NCBI GenBank assembly: GCA_043742905.1
Contig: JAYTXO010000036.1
Location: forward strand, 1 to 44,344
From: Microbacteriaceae bacterium
GTDB taxonomy: Bacteria; Actinomycetota; Actinomycetes; Actinomycetales; Microbacteriaceae
DNA: 44,344 nt
Reading direction: 5' to 3'
The notes under the pieces are model-generated. The model searched no databases, had not been told where the DNA came from, and saw nothing but the letters and a program-made list of their open reading frames with translations. Positions within the stretch are counted from its first letter, which is position 1; each line of letters begins with the position of its first letter. Both the position numbers and the translations under genes were made by a program. Below, one piece after another: positions 35,232 through 44,344 of the stretch.

Positions 35232-36599
35232 TTACTTGCTGTTCAGCATCGGGGTGATCTTGGCGTCGTATTCCTTCGCCAGGGCCTCGAGGTCGGTCGA
35301 GCTGCCAATCTTGCTGAAGAACTCCTCGAGCACGCTCGACGCCTCAACTGCTGCCCACCCCGGCGCCGCCGGAGTCAGCTTCGAGTTCTCGGCCGATTTG
35401 ATCAGCGCGGTGGCGAACTCGTCGGTTCCGAGCGAGGACGTGTAGTCCGAGTTCGCCGGGCCGAGGCCGTTCTGTCCGAGCATGTTCTGGTAGGTCTTGC
35501 CGAAGATGATCTTCAGCAGGGTCTTGGAAAGCCCCGGGTTCTTGCTCTTCGCCGAGATCCCGATATTCGAGCCGCCAGCAAAGACCGGAGCGGGCTTGCC
35601 GTCGTTGCCTGGCAACGGGAATACACCGAAGATGCTGTCATCAAAGGTGCGGGTGACCTTGCCGTCCGTCCCAGTGCCTTTGGTGCCGATCGACCAGTGT
35701 GCCCAACCCGGAGCCATGATGGTGGCTGCCGAGAGCGAGACGGGCGTCGTCGGGTCGGAAGCCGTGGCGCCCGGGAGGGCGTCGTCATCGTTGATGTAGA
35801 TGTACTGATTGCTATCTTTGGCGTCGTTCGGCGCTTTCGACGCGTTTTGGTAGATCGCCTGCAGCTGCTTCAGACCAACCATCGTCTTGGGGTCGTCGAG
35901 AGAAGCTGTCCAGTTCCCATTCGACTCCGAGGCGATGTTGCCGCCGTTCGCGAAGATCCACGAGATGCCGTCGCGCCAGTCCTGGCCGCCGAGGTACAGC
36001 CCCGAGAAGTTCGAGATGCCATCGGGATTCGCCGCGGCGATGGTTGCGACATCCTTATTGAACTGGTCAAGGGTTGTTGGCGCCGAAGTGATACCCGCCT
36101 TAGCCCAGACATCCTTGCGATAAAAAACGTAACGCGAACCGAAGTAGTACGGCAGCGTGTAGTTCTTGCCGCCCACCTTGCCCGCGTCGACGAAGCTCTG
36201 CAGCAGCTTGCTGCCGCCTAGCTCCGAGTACATGTCGCTGATGTCGAGGAACGCGCCCACGTTCGTGAACGTCGGTGACTGGGTGTTGCCCATCTCCGTG
36301 ACGTCCGGGGTGTTGTTCTTGTCGGGCAGCGCAGTGGTCAGCTTGGTGACGATGTCGCCCCAGGCCTGCTGTTGGATTTTCAGGGTGCCGCCGGTCTCCT
36401 TGTGGAACTCGGAGGTCAGATAGCTGCGCAACTTGTCGGGCGTGTCCGCGCCGACCAGCCAGAGAGTGATGGTCTTGCCCTTACCGTCTGTGCTGGCGGC
36501 AACGGATCCCGACGACGAGCTGCCGGAAGTGCTGCAGCCCGCGAGGACGAGGGCCGACGCGAGTGCGACAGCGGTTACGCTTGCGATCTTTCTCTTCAT
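35232..36599 (-). CDS. Sugar ABC solute-binding lipoprotein (probably GlcNAc oligomers)
   Basis: Lipobox LAGC, PDVTEMGNT, LPYYFG, YRKD and GGSNI motifs. Context of GH3, nagA and nagB. Confidence 0.9.
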   Translation of the reverse strand: MKRKIASVTAVALASALVLAGCSTSGSSSSGSVAASTDGKGKTITLWLVGADTPDKLRSYLTSEFHKETGGTLKIQQQAWGDIVTKLTTALPDKNNTPDVTEMGNTQSPTFTNVGAFLDISDMYSELGGSKLLQSFVDAGKVGGKNYTLPYYFGSRYVFYRKDVWAKAGITSAPTTLDQFNKDVATIAAANPDGISNFSGLYLGGQDWRDGISWIFANGGNIASESNGNWTASLDDPKTMVGLKQLQAIYQNASKAPNDAKDSNQYIYINDDDALPGATASDPTTPVSLSAATIMAPGWAHWSIGTKGTGTDGKVTRTFDDSIFGVFPLPGNDGKPAPVFAGGSNIGISAKSKNPGLSKTLLKIIFGKTYQNMLGQNGLGPANSDYTSSLGTDEFATALIKSAENSKLTPAAPGWAAVEASSVLEEFFSKIGSSTDLEALAKEYDAKITPMLNSK

Positions 36600-36674
36600 C
36601 GTGTGATTCCTTCTTGTGCAATGAGGGAAACGGTGCGCGGTGTGCGCGCCGCCTGGGACGGGGGCCGCTGTCGA

Positions 36675-37946
36675 CTACGAAACCCCGAGCTGTGCCGACA
36701 GGACCATGGCGGCGGCGCCGCGCATGACGATGTCCTGTCCGAGTGCGGTCATCCGCAGAGCCAGATCGCCGTGGAACTCGGCCATCGTGCGACTGCGGAG
36801 GGTCTCGATGGCGGCCTCGGCGAGAGGGCCATCGAGAAGTTCGACGGGGCCGCTGAGCACGACCTCCGCTAGGTCCAGGGCGCCCACGACGGGCGCGAGA
36901 GCGATGCCGAGTCGCTCGCCGGCGCGACGCAGAATCGCGATGCGCTCCGCCGGGTCCACGGCGGCAGCGAGGGCCGCGTCGAGCCGCGGGGTGGCGAGCC
37001 AGGTCTCCAGGCAGCCGACCTTGCCGCACGCGCATGCCGCGCCGCCATCCGTGCCCACGACGACGTGCCCGATCTCACCGGCCGCGAAACGGCTGCCGAA
37101 CAGCGGGGTGCCGCCGATGATTAGTCCGGCGCCCACACCGTGGCCAACCTTCACGAGCATCATGTCGCTGAGCGCCCCGCCGAAGCTGTGTTCGGCGAGC
37201 GCGGCCACATTCGCGTCGTTTGCCACGATCACGGGAAGCCCGGTGGCCGCGGCGAGGAACGCCCTCAGCGGTTCGCCGCTGGTTCCGCTCGCGGGCCAGC
37301 CGAGGTTGGGGGCACTGAGTACGATTCCCGCGAGGTCCACGACGCCGGGCGAGCCCACCCCGATTCCGAGCAGAGGTGACGATGCCGCGGCAACGAGCCG
37401 CTCGGCGAGCGCCACAACCTTCGCGGTTGCCAGGTCGCCGGTCGCGCCGTCCAGGGGCAGATCCACCCGCTCAAGCACCACGCCATCAAGGTCGAGTACC
37501 GCGCCGCGGAAGACCGCGTACTCGCTGAGATCGATGCCGATGATCTGAAACCCGGTTCGGTTGATGTCGAGCATGGTTGCCGGCTTACCTGGCCGGGATT
37601 CACGGGCCTGGCCGGTCTCGACGATCAGGTTCTCGCTCATCAGTTCGGCGACCAGGTCGGAAATGGTGACGCGGGTAAGGCCGGTGGCGCGGGCCAGATC
37701 GGCGCGACTCAGGGTGCCCGTGCCATACAGAGTCTGCAACACGAGCGAGCGGTTGTGGCCGCGAGCGTGCTCGGGAAGAGACTTGGCACTCGGGCGCAGC
37801 GCGCGCCCATTGGCGAAGCCCGAGCTCGGGTTGGGGCCCCCGCGCGGGGTACCGCCCAACCCGGTCGAGCCGCTCGCGAGGCCCTGGCCGGGGACGGGTG
37901 CGCCGTCTCGGATGGAAGAGCCTCGCTGCACTTCCGATGCAGACAT
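36675..37946 (-). CDS. ROK-family transcriptional repressor (NagC/XylR-like)
   Basis: N-terminal HTH SRADLARATGLTRVTISDLV, GKPA, NDANVAALAE and GEIGH..CACGKVGCLE motifs. Confidence 0.92.
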   Translation of the reverse strand: MSASEVQRGSSIRDGAPVPGQGLASGSTGLGGTPRGGPNPSSGFANGRALRPSAKSLPEHARGHNRSLVLQTLYGTGTLSRADLARATGLTRVTISDLVAELMSENLIVETGQARESRPGKPATMLDINRTGFQIIGIDLSEYAVFRGAVLDLDGVVLERVDLPLDGATGDLATAKVVALAERLVAAASSPLLGIGVGSPGVVDLAGIVLSAPNLGWPASGTSGEPLRAFLAAATGLPVIVANDANVAALAEHSFGGALSDMMLVKVGHGVGAGLIIGGTPLFGSRFAAGEIGHVVVGTDGGAACACGKVGCLETWLATPRLDAALAAAVDPAERIAILRRAGERLGIALAPVVGALDLAEVVLSGPVELLDGPLAEAAIETLRSRTMAEFHGDLALRMTALGQDIVMRGAAAMVLSAQLGVS

Positions 37947-37949
37947 GTT

Positions 37950-37970
37950 TGTTAGTACACCGTACGAACA
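37950..37970. promoter_or_regulatory. Palindromic operator (putative ROK autoregulatory site)
   Basis: TGTTAGTAC-acc-GTACGAACA (8 of 9 symmetric), 3 nt upstream of the ROK ATG in an AT-rich promoter region. Confidence 0.65.
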
Positions 37971-38179
37971 TTCATTTGTCCAGTTTTGTCATGACCGTTT
38001 ACATAGCTGTTACACAGCCGCGGGCGTTTTGGCGCCCGCGCGCCGCCGCCGAAAGTTCGCGGACCGGGTGAACCTTTCGCGGCGCCGGTTCGTTATCCCG
38101 TTGGTCTCAGGTATTTCCCCACTCTCGCTGGCAAGCTAGAGCCAGCGCCGTTAGCCCCCAACACAGCCCAGGAGCAGCC

Positions 38180-38623
38180 ATGACGCCTCGTCCTCCCCGC
38201 ACTCTCGCGGTCGCCTTTGCCGGACTCGGAATCGTCGGTGCCCTCGCGGGCTGCTCGTCGGGAGCGGCCAGTGCGAACGCTGGCTCCGACACCTCGACCG
38301 GGAGCAACTCCGGCTCGGGCGGCTCCGCCACCTACAAAGACGGCACCTACAAGGCAGACGGCGGCTACGAATCGCCCGCCGGCCATCAGACCGTGACGGT
38401 CAAACTGACCATCGCTGGTAACAAAGTGACCGCGGTCACGGTCACGCCGAACGCGACCGATCCCACTGCCATGAGCTACCAGACCCAGTTCGTCGGCGGG
38501 ATCTCGGCCGAAGTCGTCGGCAAAGACATCAACTCGTTGAATGTTTCGCATGTCGCCGGGTCTTCGCTCACCAGCGGAGGCTTCAACGCGGCCCTGAAGG
38601 CCATCAAGGCCGACGCGTCCTGA
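38180..38623 (+). CDS. FMN-binding (flavinylated) lipoprotein
   Basis: Lipobox LAGC, YKDGTY and VSHVAGSSLTS (variant of the [S/T]GA[S/T] flavinylation motif). Adjacent to apbE. Confidence 0.88.
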   Translation: MTPRPPRTLAVAFAGLGIVGALAGCSSGAASANAGSDTSTGSNSGSGGSATYKDGTYKADGGYESPAGHQTVTVKLTIAGNKVTAVTVTPNATDPTAMSYQTQFVGGISAEVVGKDINSLNVSHVAGSSLTSGGFNAALKAIKADAS

Positions 38624-38646
38624 TCACCTCGCTCGTACTCCCGCCA

Positions 38647-39519
38647 ATGCTCGTCGATCCGCTCCCGATTGCCTGGACTTTCGACGCGATCGGCACGGTC
38701 TGGCGGGTCGACACCTCTGAGCGCGTCACGGATTACGTTCGGGACGCGGTCTCGACCCGCATCGACCGCTTTGACCAAGACTGGTCGCGATTCCGGGAGG
38801 ATTCTCTGGTGACGCGCATCGCGCGCGAACCCGGCCACTACCGCCTCCCCGACGACGCAGGCCCGCTGCTCGACCTTTACGGTCGGCTCTACACGGCGAG
38901 CGCCGGCCGGGTCTCGCCGCTCGTCGGACGCACGCTCGAGTCCCTCGGCTACGACGCCGCGTACCGGTTGATCCCGAGTGCCCACCGCGTGCCGGTTCCC
39001 GCCTGGGGAGACGTCATAGCGTGGGACGGCGAGTTTCTCGATACGGTCGCGCCCGCGCTGTTAGACGTCGGCGCCGCGGGTAAGGGCTACCTCGTCGACC
39101 TGGTCAGCGATCTGCTCGTTTCCCTCGGGTATCCGGACCATGTGGTGGATGCTGGCGGTGATCTGCGCACCCGCGGCGTCCCGCTTCGGGTCGCGCTCGA
39201 ACACCCCGCCGACCCAACGAAGGCTGTCGGTGTCGTCGACATCGCCGACGGAGCGCTGTGCGCGAGCGCCTCGAACCGCCGAGCGTGGGGCGAGGGCTTG
39301 CATCACGTGCTCGACGCCGTCACCGGCGAACCGACGGTCGACGTGATCGCGAGCTGGGCCATCGCTCCGACCGCACTCGTCGCCGATGGTGCCGCGACCG
39401 CGCTGTTCTTCGACACGGACCCGGCGTTCTACCGGGATCACGACGTCGCCACCGTTCGAATGTTCACCAGCGGGCGGATCGAGAGTTCGCCCGCTTTCTC
39501 CGGGGAGCTATTCCGATGA
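38647..39519 (+). CDS. apbE: FAD:protein FMN transferase
   Basis: AIGT, SRFREDS, LDVGAAGKGYLVD, DAGGD, HHVLDAVTG and ADGAATALF motifs. Confidence 0.9.
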   Translation: MLVDPLPIAWTFDAIGTVWRVDTSERVTDYVRDAVSTRIDRFDQDWSRFREDSLVTRIAREPGHYRLPDDAGPLLDLYGRLYTASAGRVSPLVGRTLESLGYDAAYRLIPSAHRVPVPAWGDVIAWDGEFLDTVAPALLDVGAAGKGYLVDLVSDLLVSLGYPDHVVDAGGDLRTRGVPLRVALEHPADPTKAVGVVDIADGALCASASNRRAWGEGLHHVLDAVTGEPTVDVIASWAIAPTALVADGAATALFFDTDPAFYRDHDVATVRMFTSGRIESSPAFSGELFR

Positions 39520-41036
39520 TCACGATGATCACGATGACCGCTCGGCTCGACCGACTGCTTGGCCGCGTGACGATGTACAGGCTGGTAATCATCTGCCTGA
39601 CGGTGACCGCGGTGGTGTCGTTCGTGCTCATGGTCCTCGGTCTGATCGCCTATTCGCCACTGGGATTCCTGGCCAATGCCAGCGTCCTCCTGGTCTTCAG
39701 CTACCTAGCCAACGGTTTGGCGGGCCTGATCTTCCGTACCCGCCCTCAGTTGAGTTCAACCGTGATCACCGCGCTCCTGCTGCTCTTCATCTTTCAGCCC
39801 AGCCTGAACACGCCGCAGTTGCTGGGCGCGGCCCTCGGAGCAGTCGTCGCGGCGCTGAGCAAGTACCTCTTCGCGGTGCGCGGCCGACACATCTTCAACC
39901 CGACGGCGCTCGGCGCCTTCGTCGTCGTGCTCACCGGCCTCAACTTCAGCTTCTGGTGGGTGGGAACGCCGATCTTGCTGCCCTTTGTCGCGGTCGGCGG
40001 ATTCCTGGTGCTGTTCCGCACCAGACGCTTCCCCCTCGCCTTGGTCTTCATCGCGGTCGCCGGCGGCGGCACCGCGATCCGCTACCTGGTGAGCGGCGTG
40101 GACGTTGGCCAAGCTCTACAGTTCGCCTTGCTGTCGTCGCCCATCGTTTTCTTCGCCTGCTTCATGCTCGACGAGCCACAGACCCTTCCCCCTCGGCGCT
40201 GGCAGCAGCTGCTCGAGGCGGCCCTCGTAGGGCTGATCTTCGCCCTGCCCTTTTCATTCGGGCCCCTCTCGTCCACCCCCGAGTTGGCGCTCATTGTCGG
40301 CAACCTGCTCGCCTTCTTCTTCGGGCAGCGCCGCGGCATCCGGATGGACTTCGTCTCTCGCAAGACGCTCACCCCGAGCAGCTGGGAGTTCGAGTTCCAC
40401 CCCCATGCGCCGGTGAGGTTCTTGGCCGGGCAGTACATGGAGATCACGCTCCCACACGGCAATTCCGACGCCCGCGGCTGGCGGCGTGTCTTCACGATCG
40501 CCTCGGCGCCCGGAGGCAATATCCGGTTCGGGATGCGTGTGCCGAAACGTTCGAGCAGCTTCAAGGCCGCGATGCTGGCCCTCGAATCCGGCGCGGTGGT
40601 CTCAGGCGCATCGGTGAGCGGTGACTTCGTGCTCCCGAGGGATGCGTCGAAGCCGCTGCTGTTGGTGGCCGCCGGCATCGGGATTACGCCGTTCGCGAGC
40701 CAACTGGAGCACCTGACCGCGACCGGGCAGACCCGCGACGTCGTGCTGTTGTACTCGGTGGCGAACGCCGATGACATCGCATTCGCCCAGGTGCTCGAGG
40801 CCGCAGACTGCAGGGTCGTCGTCGTCTCGCCCACGCGTCCGGCCGAACTGCCGCCCGAGTGGTCGTGGGCGGGCGGCGGTGCGCTGACCGCTGAGACAAT
40901 CAGTAAGGCCGTGCCGGACGCGGCAGCTCGAGCCACCTACCTCTCCGGGCCTCCAGAACTGGTGGCCGGCCTCGAGCGGGCACTGCGCGCCGACGGGGTG
41001 AGGAAGATCGTCACCGACGTGTTCATCGGCTACTGA
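39516..41036 (+). CDS. NqrB/RnfD-like membrane domain fused to an FNR-type FAD/NAD(P)H oxidoreductase
   Basis: About 10 TM with HIFNPTA and FMLDEPQT, then FLAGQY, RVFTIAS, AAGIGITPF and SGPP. ATG 39516 overlaps the apbE stop. Confidence 0.85.
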   Translation: MITMITMTARLDRLLGRVTMYRLVIICLTVTAVVSFVLMVLGLIAYSPLGFLANASVLLVFSYLANGLAGLIFRTRPQLSSTVITALLLLFIFQPSLNTPQLLGAALGAVVAALSKYLFAVRGRHIFNPTALGAFVVVLTGLNFSFWWVGTPILLPFVAVGGFLVLFRTRRFPLALVFIAVAGGGTAIRYLVSGVDVGQALQFALLSSPIVFFACFMLDEPQTLPPRRWQQLLEAALVGLIFALPFSFGPLSSTPELALIVGNLLAFFFGQRRGIRMDFVSRKTLTPSSWEFEFHPHAPVRFLAGQYMEITLPHGNSDARGWRRVFTIASAPGGNIRFGMRVPKRSSSFKAAMLALESGAVVSGASVSGDFVLPRDASKPLLLVAAGIGITPFASQLEHLTATGQTRDVVLLYSVANADDIAFAQVLEAADCRVVVVSPTRPAELPPEWSWAGGGALTAETISKAVPDAAARATYLSGPPELVAGLERALRADGVRKIVTDVFIGY

Positions 41037-41085
41037 CCCGCTCGCGTACCGTTGAACGATTGCTCGCTTCCGAAAGGCTCCTCTC

Positions 41086-41508
41086 GTGTCGTCGCAACCC
41101 CCCATCCTGACAGCCATCGCGACACTCGCCGTCGCTCTCCTTCTGTTGACCGGCTGCTCGACTGGCGCAGGAGCGCCTCAGACCGCCAAGCAGGCCTGCA
41201 CGGTCCTCGAGACCGACCTGATCAGCTCCTCCTCAGGTCTCAGCTCGGCGTTCTCTACCCTCCAGAGCGACCCGCGGGGTGCCGAGACCGCGCTCGCGAA
41301 GTTCAGCAAGGCGCTGACGTCGTCCGCCGCTAAGGTGACCAACCCACAGGTCAAGGCGGCCGTGACCGCCACCACAAATTCCGTTGACGCGATGGATGTC
41401 GACCTCAAGGATTACATCAAGGACACTTCACATACCGCAAAGCTCGAGTCCAGCGCCACGAAGGTGCAAACCACCTTCAGCAAGCTCGGCGGCCTCTGCA
41501 CCGCGTAG
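41086..41508 (+). CDS. Hypothetical helical lipoprotein
   Basis: Lipobox LLTGC. Amphipathic helices bracketed by two Cys (QAC...GLC). Confidence 0.72.
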   Translation: MSSQPPILTAIATLAVALLLLTGCSTGAGAPQTAKQACTVLETDLISSSSGLSSAFSTLQSDPRGAETALAKFSKALTSSAAKVTNPQVKAAVTATTNSVDAMDVDLKDYIKDTSHTAKLESSATKVQTTFSKLGGLCTA

Positions 41509-41519
41509 CTACCACGCTC

Positions 41520-42749
41520 TTAAGCGAGACGCGCTTGCAGGTTCTCGTCGAGGCTCGCCAGGAACTCCTCGGTGGTCTGCCAGGCCTGGTTCGGCCCGAC
41601 GAGACCGGCGAGGTCCTTGGTCATCTTGCCGCTCTCGACGGTCGCGATGACGACCTCTTCGAGCGCCGTGGCGAAGTCGATCAGGTCCTGGTTGCCATCC
41701 AGCTTGCCGCGGTGCTGCAGGCCGCGGGTCCAGGCGTATATTGACGCGATCGGGTTCGTCGAGGTTGGCTTGCCCTGCTGGTACTGGCGGTAGTGCCGGG
41801 TGACCGTTCCGTGGGCGGCCTCCGCCTCGACGATCGCGCCGTCGGGGGTGGTGAGCACCGAGGTCATCAGGCCGAGCGATCCGAAGCCCTGGGCCACGGT
41901 GTCACTCTGTACGTCGCCGTCGTAGTTCTTGGTAGCCCAGACGTATCCGCCCTCCCACTTGAGTGCGGAGGCGACCATGTCGTCGATCAGGCGGTGTTCG
42001 TATGTCAGACCCGCAGCGTCGAACTGTGTCTTGAACTCGGCGTCGAAGATTTCCTGGAAGATGTCCTTGAAGCGGCCGTCATAGGCCTTCAGGATCGTGT
42101 TCTTCGTCGAGAGATACACCGGATAGTGGCGAGCCAGGCCGTAGTTCAGGGAGGCCCGCGCGAAGTCTCGGATCGACGCATCCAGGTTGTACATGGCCAT
42201 CGCCACGCCCGATCCCGGCGCCCGGAAGACCTCGAAGCTCTGCGCCTCGCTTGCCACGCCATCGACGGGGTCCGGCTGGAACGAGATGGTCAGCGTGCCC
42301 TTGCCCTCGAAGCGGAAGTCGGTGGCACGGTACTGGTCGCCGAAGGCGTGGCGCCCGATGATGATGGGCTTATTCCAGCCGGGAACCAGGCGCGGGATGT
42401 TACTGATGATGATCGGCTCGCGGAAGATCACGCCCCCAAGGATGTTGCGGATCGTGCCGTTCGGGCTCTTCCACATCTTCTTCAGGCCGAACTCCTCGAC
42501 GCGTGCCTCGTCGGGGGTGATGGTGGCGCACTTCACGCCGACACCGTGCTTCTGGATGGCGTGGGCCGCGTCGATCGTGACCTGGTCGTTGGTCGCGTCG
42601 CGGTTTTCGATGCCGAGGTCGTAGTACTCGAGGTCGACGTCGAGATACGGATGGATGAGGCGGTCCTTGATGAACTGCCAGATGATGCGAGTCATCTCGT
42701 CACCGTCGAGCTCGACGACCGTGCCTGCGACCTTAATTTTCTCGACCAC
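41520..42749 (-). CDS. icd: NADP-dependent isocitrate dehydrogenase
   Basis: [38 protein letters not shown] and [10 protein letters not shown] motifs. Confidence 0.97.
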   Translation of the reverse strand: MVEKIKVAGTVVELDGDEMTRIIWQFIKDRLIHPYLDVDLEYYDLGIENRDATNDQVTIDAAHAIQKHGVGVKCATITPDEARVEEFGLKKMWKSPNGTIRNILGGVIFREPIIISNIPRLVPGWNKPIIIGRHAFGDQYRATDFRFEGKGTLTISFQPDPVDGVASEAQSFEVFRAPGSGVAMAMYNLDASIRDFARASLNYGLARHYPVYLSTKNTILKAYDGRFKDIFQEIFDAEFKTQFDAAGLTYEHRLIDDMVASALKWEGGYVWATKNYDGDVQSDTVAQGFGSLGLMTSVLTTPDGAIVEAEAAHGTVTRHYRQYQQGKPTSTNPIASIYAWTRGLQHRGKLDGNQDLIDFATALEEVVIATVESGKMTKDLAGLVGPNQAWQTTEEFLASLDENLQARLA

Positions 42750-42817
42750 GTGCGTAACCTTTCCGACCGAAAACCCCGTTGTTCAGGGCATATTGCAAGC
42801 CTAGCGCGTTTCTGAAG

Positions 42818-42835
42818 TATCTTGACATCGAGATA
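42818..42835. promoter_or_regulatory. AT-rich palindrome TATCTTGACATCGAGATA between icd and the GNAT gene
   Basis: 7 of 8 symmetric arms. It covers the expected -35 region of an icd promoter whose TAGGCT -10 is at 42798-42803 (minus strand). Confidence 0.6.
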
Positions 42836-42873
42836 TCTGGGCGGATTTGGGGTGCACGGGTTATCCTCGGGGC

Positions 42874-43326
42874 ATGGCGGAGCTTAACTTGCAGGAGTTG
42901 ACGGCGCAGACGATCGTGGCAGCCAACGGCTTGACGCTGAAGCCTGGCCAGGAGGCGTTCCTCACCCCCGAGACCTACATGCATTCCGAGGAACAGCTCG
43001 ACCCCAGCGGCTCCTGGCCGCGGGTCGTGATGGACGGCGAGCGCGTGGTCGGCTACATCATGGGCAACTTCGACGCCGACGCTCGCGACGAGTATCTGCG
43101 TGCCGCGCTGTGGCGCATCGAGGTGGCCGACGGCGCGCAGGGCATGGGTGTCGGGCGCTTCGCCGTGCACGCCTTCGCTGACGAGGCGCGCGCCCGCGGC
43201 TTTGCACGCGCCACAGTCGTCTGGGCGGGCGGCGAGCGCGGTCCCGAGAAATTCTTCCAGGCGGTCGGCTTTGAGATCGTCGGGCAGACGCCATACGGCG
43301 AGAACGTCGGCGCCTTGCAGCTGTAG
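42874..43326 (+). CDS. GNAT-family N-acetyltransferase
   Basis: AQGMGVGRF acetyl-CoA motif and FFQAVGF. TATCCT -10 at 42862-42867, 6 nt before ATG 42874. Confidence 0.88.
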   Translation: MAELNLQELTAQTIVAANGLTLKPGQEAFLTPETYMHSEEQLDPSGSWPRVVMDGERVVGYIMGNFDADARDEYLRAALWRIEVADGAQGMGVGRFAVHAFADEARARGFARATVVWAGGERGPEKFFQAVGFEIVGQTPYGENVGALQL

Positions 43327-43643
43327 TGGCACTGCCGAACCAGGACTTCGTGTCGCGGGTGCTCGACGTGGTGGCCGCGATCCCCGAGGGGATGGTCATG
43401 AGCTACGGAGACGTCGCGGCGGCGATCGGCTCTCGCGCGGCCCGCGGTGTCGGGCAGGTGATGGCTCACTACGGGACGGAAGCTCCGTGGTGGCGGGTGG
43501 TGCACGCATCCGGGCAAACCGTGGCCAGCCACGAGGCCCGAGCGCTTGAGCACTACCGGGCCGAGAACACCCCACTCACCTGGGCGGGCGAAATCTTTCG
43601 CGTCGACCTGGCGGCGGCCCGCTATGTCCCGGGCATCGACTGA
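43326..43643 (+). CDS. Alkyltransferase-like (ATL/MGMT family) protein
   Basis: IPEGMVMSYGDVA, ARGVG and PWWRVV motifs (Trp in place of the catalytic Cys of PCHRV). Confidence 0.88.
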   Translation: MALPNQDFVSRVLDVVAAIPEGMVMSYGDVAAAIGSRAARGVGQVMAHYGTEAPWWRVVHASGQTVASHEARALEHYRAENTPLTWAGEIFRVDLAAARYVPGID

Positions 43644-43671
43644 GGGCACGCACCCTCGGTCATGCCAACGA

Positions 43672-43709
43672 CGAAGGCGCCGCCCGTGATGAACGGGACG
43701 GCGCCTTCG
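43672..43709 (-). terminator. Intrinsic terminator of rplJ-rplL (possibly bidirectional)
   Basis: CGAAGGCGCCG-CCCGT/ACGGG-A-CGGCGCCTTCG stem between convergent genes. Confidence 0.8.
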
Positions 43710-43735
43710 CGCAAGCGGGCTGCGCCCGCGAGAAC

Positions 43736-44119
43736 TTACTTGAGGGTGACGGTCGCGCCGGCCTCTTCGAGAACGGCCTTGGCCTTCTCGGCAGCTTCCT
43801 TGTTGGCGCCCTCAAGCACTATCGATGGGGCGTTGTCAACGAGAGCCTTCGCCTCGCCGAGGCCGAGGCTGGTGAGGGTGCGCACCTCCTTGATGACCTG
43901 GATCTTCTTCTCGCCTGCAGCCTCGATGATGACGTCGAAGGAATCCTTCTCCTCGACCTCTTCGACCGGGGCGGCCGGGCCACCGGCGGCCGCGACAGCG
44001 ACCGGGGCGGCGGCGGTGACCTCGAAGGTCTCCTCGAACTTCTTGACGAAGTCGCTGAGCTCAATGAGCGACAGCTCCTTGAACGCGTCGAGCAGCTGGT
44101 CAGTGCTGAGCTTTGCCAT
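43736..44119 (-). CDS. rplL: 50S ribosomal protein L7/L12
   Basis: [35 protein letters not shown] and [11 protein letters not shown] motifs. Confidence 0.98.
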   Translation of the reverse strand: MAKLSTDQLLDAFKELSLIELSDFVKKFEETFEVTAAAPVAVAAAGGPAAPVEEVEEKDSFDVIIEAAGEKKIQVIKEVRTLTSLGLGEAKALVDNAPSIVLEGANKEAAEKAKAVLEEAGATVTLK

Positions 44120-44174
44120 TTCTAACTCCTAGTTGCTTGGTTGGTGTGGTTGATGAGATCGTCGGGAACGACGA

Positions 44175-44344
44175 TCAACTCGCGGATTCCTGCTTCTCAC
44201 GCAGCGCGTCGACCGTGCGGACGGCCTTCGACAGCGGCGCTTGAAACAGATAGGCAGCTCCGAAGAGGGGCGCCTTGAAGAGACCAGCCAACTTGGCCAG
44301 CAGGGCTTCACGGCTCTCCAGGTCGGCGAGCTTGCCCACCTCTT
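44175..44344 (-). CDS. rplJ: 50S ribosomal protein L10, C-terminal fragment
   Basis: [55 protein letters not shown], directly upstream of rplL. Confidence 0.93.
   Translation of the reverse strand, partial: EVGKLADLESREALLAKLAGLFKAPLFGAAYLFQAPLSKAVRTVDALREKQESAS

Noticed and set aside
38041-38120. Imperfect inverted repeat and a TCTCAG-N5-TCCCCA half-match upstream of the flavinylation operon, as a possible FMN riboswitch or MprA-like box
   Set aside because: It lacks the FMN riboswitch conserved segments, and the direct repeat is too degenerate to call.
1-44344. tRNA, rRNA, IS elements, prophage genes
   Set aside because: No cloverleaf, rRNA-like tract, transposase, integrase or phage motif was recognised. 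Nearly all the sequence is accounted for by host genes.

Overview
High-GC actinobacterial chromosome segment. Gene content and many leaderless TANNNT-N6-8-start promoters suggest Microbacteriaceae (inference). Content from left to right: (1) end of an OmpR-type regulator plus histidine kinase; (2) envelope genes (GT-C mannosyltransferase-like, TagF-GT4 fusion, UDP-glucose dehydrogenase); (3) quinone oxidoreductase; (4) a secreted phosphoesterase and lipoprotein behind a PHO-box-like repeat; (5) an orphan N6-adenine methyltransferase; (6) a ferritin-like/VIT1 transporter behind a yybP-ykoY (Mn2+) riboswitch; (7) a galactose cluster (two aldose epimerases, DeoR regulator, galT, galK); (8) glyA-folD behind a ZTP riboswitch; (9) a nucleoside hydrolase + ECF transporter operon with a structured leader I cannot assign; (10) an MFS gene and a relic paralogue; (11) purU-nagA; (12) a GlcNAc/chito-oligosaccharide operon; (13) an ApbE flavinylation/NqrB-RnfD-like redox module; (14) icd, GNAT, ATL, rplL and the end of rplJ. 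No tRNA, rRNA, CRISPR array, transposase or phage gene was seen. Most of the window is ordinary. The best candidates for new biology are the unassigned leader RNA on the nucleoside-ECF operon, the Mn-riboswitch-controlled MbfA-like exporter, the flavinylation module and the structured glyA-folD spacer.
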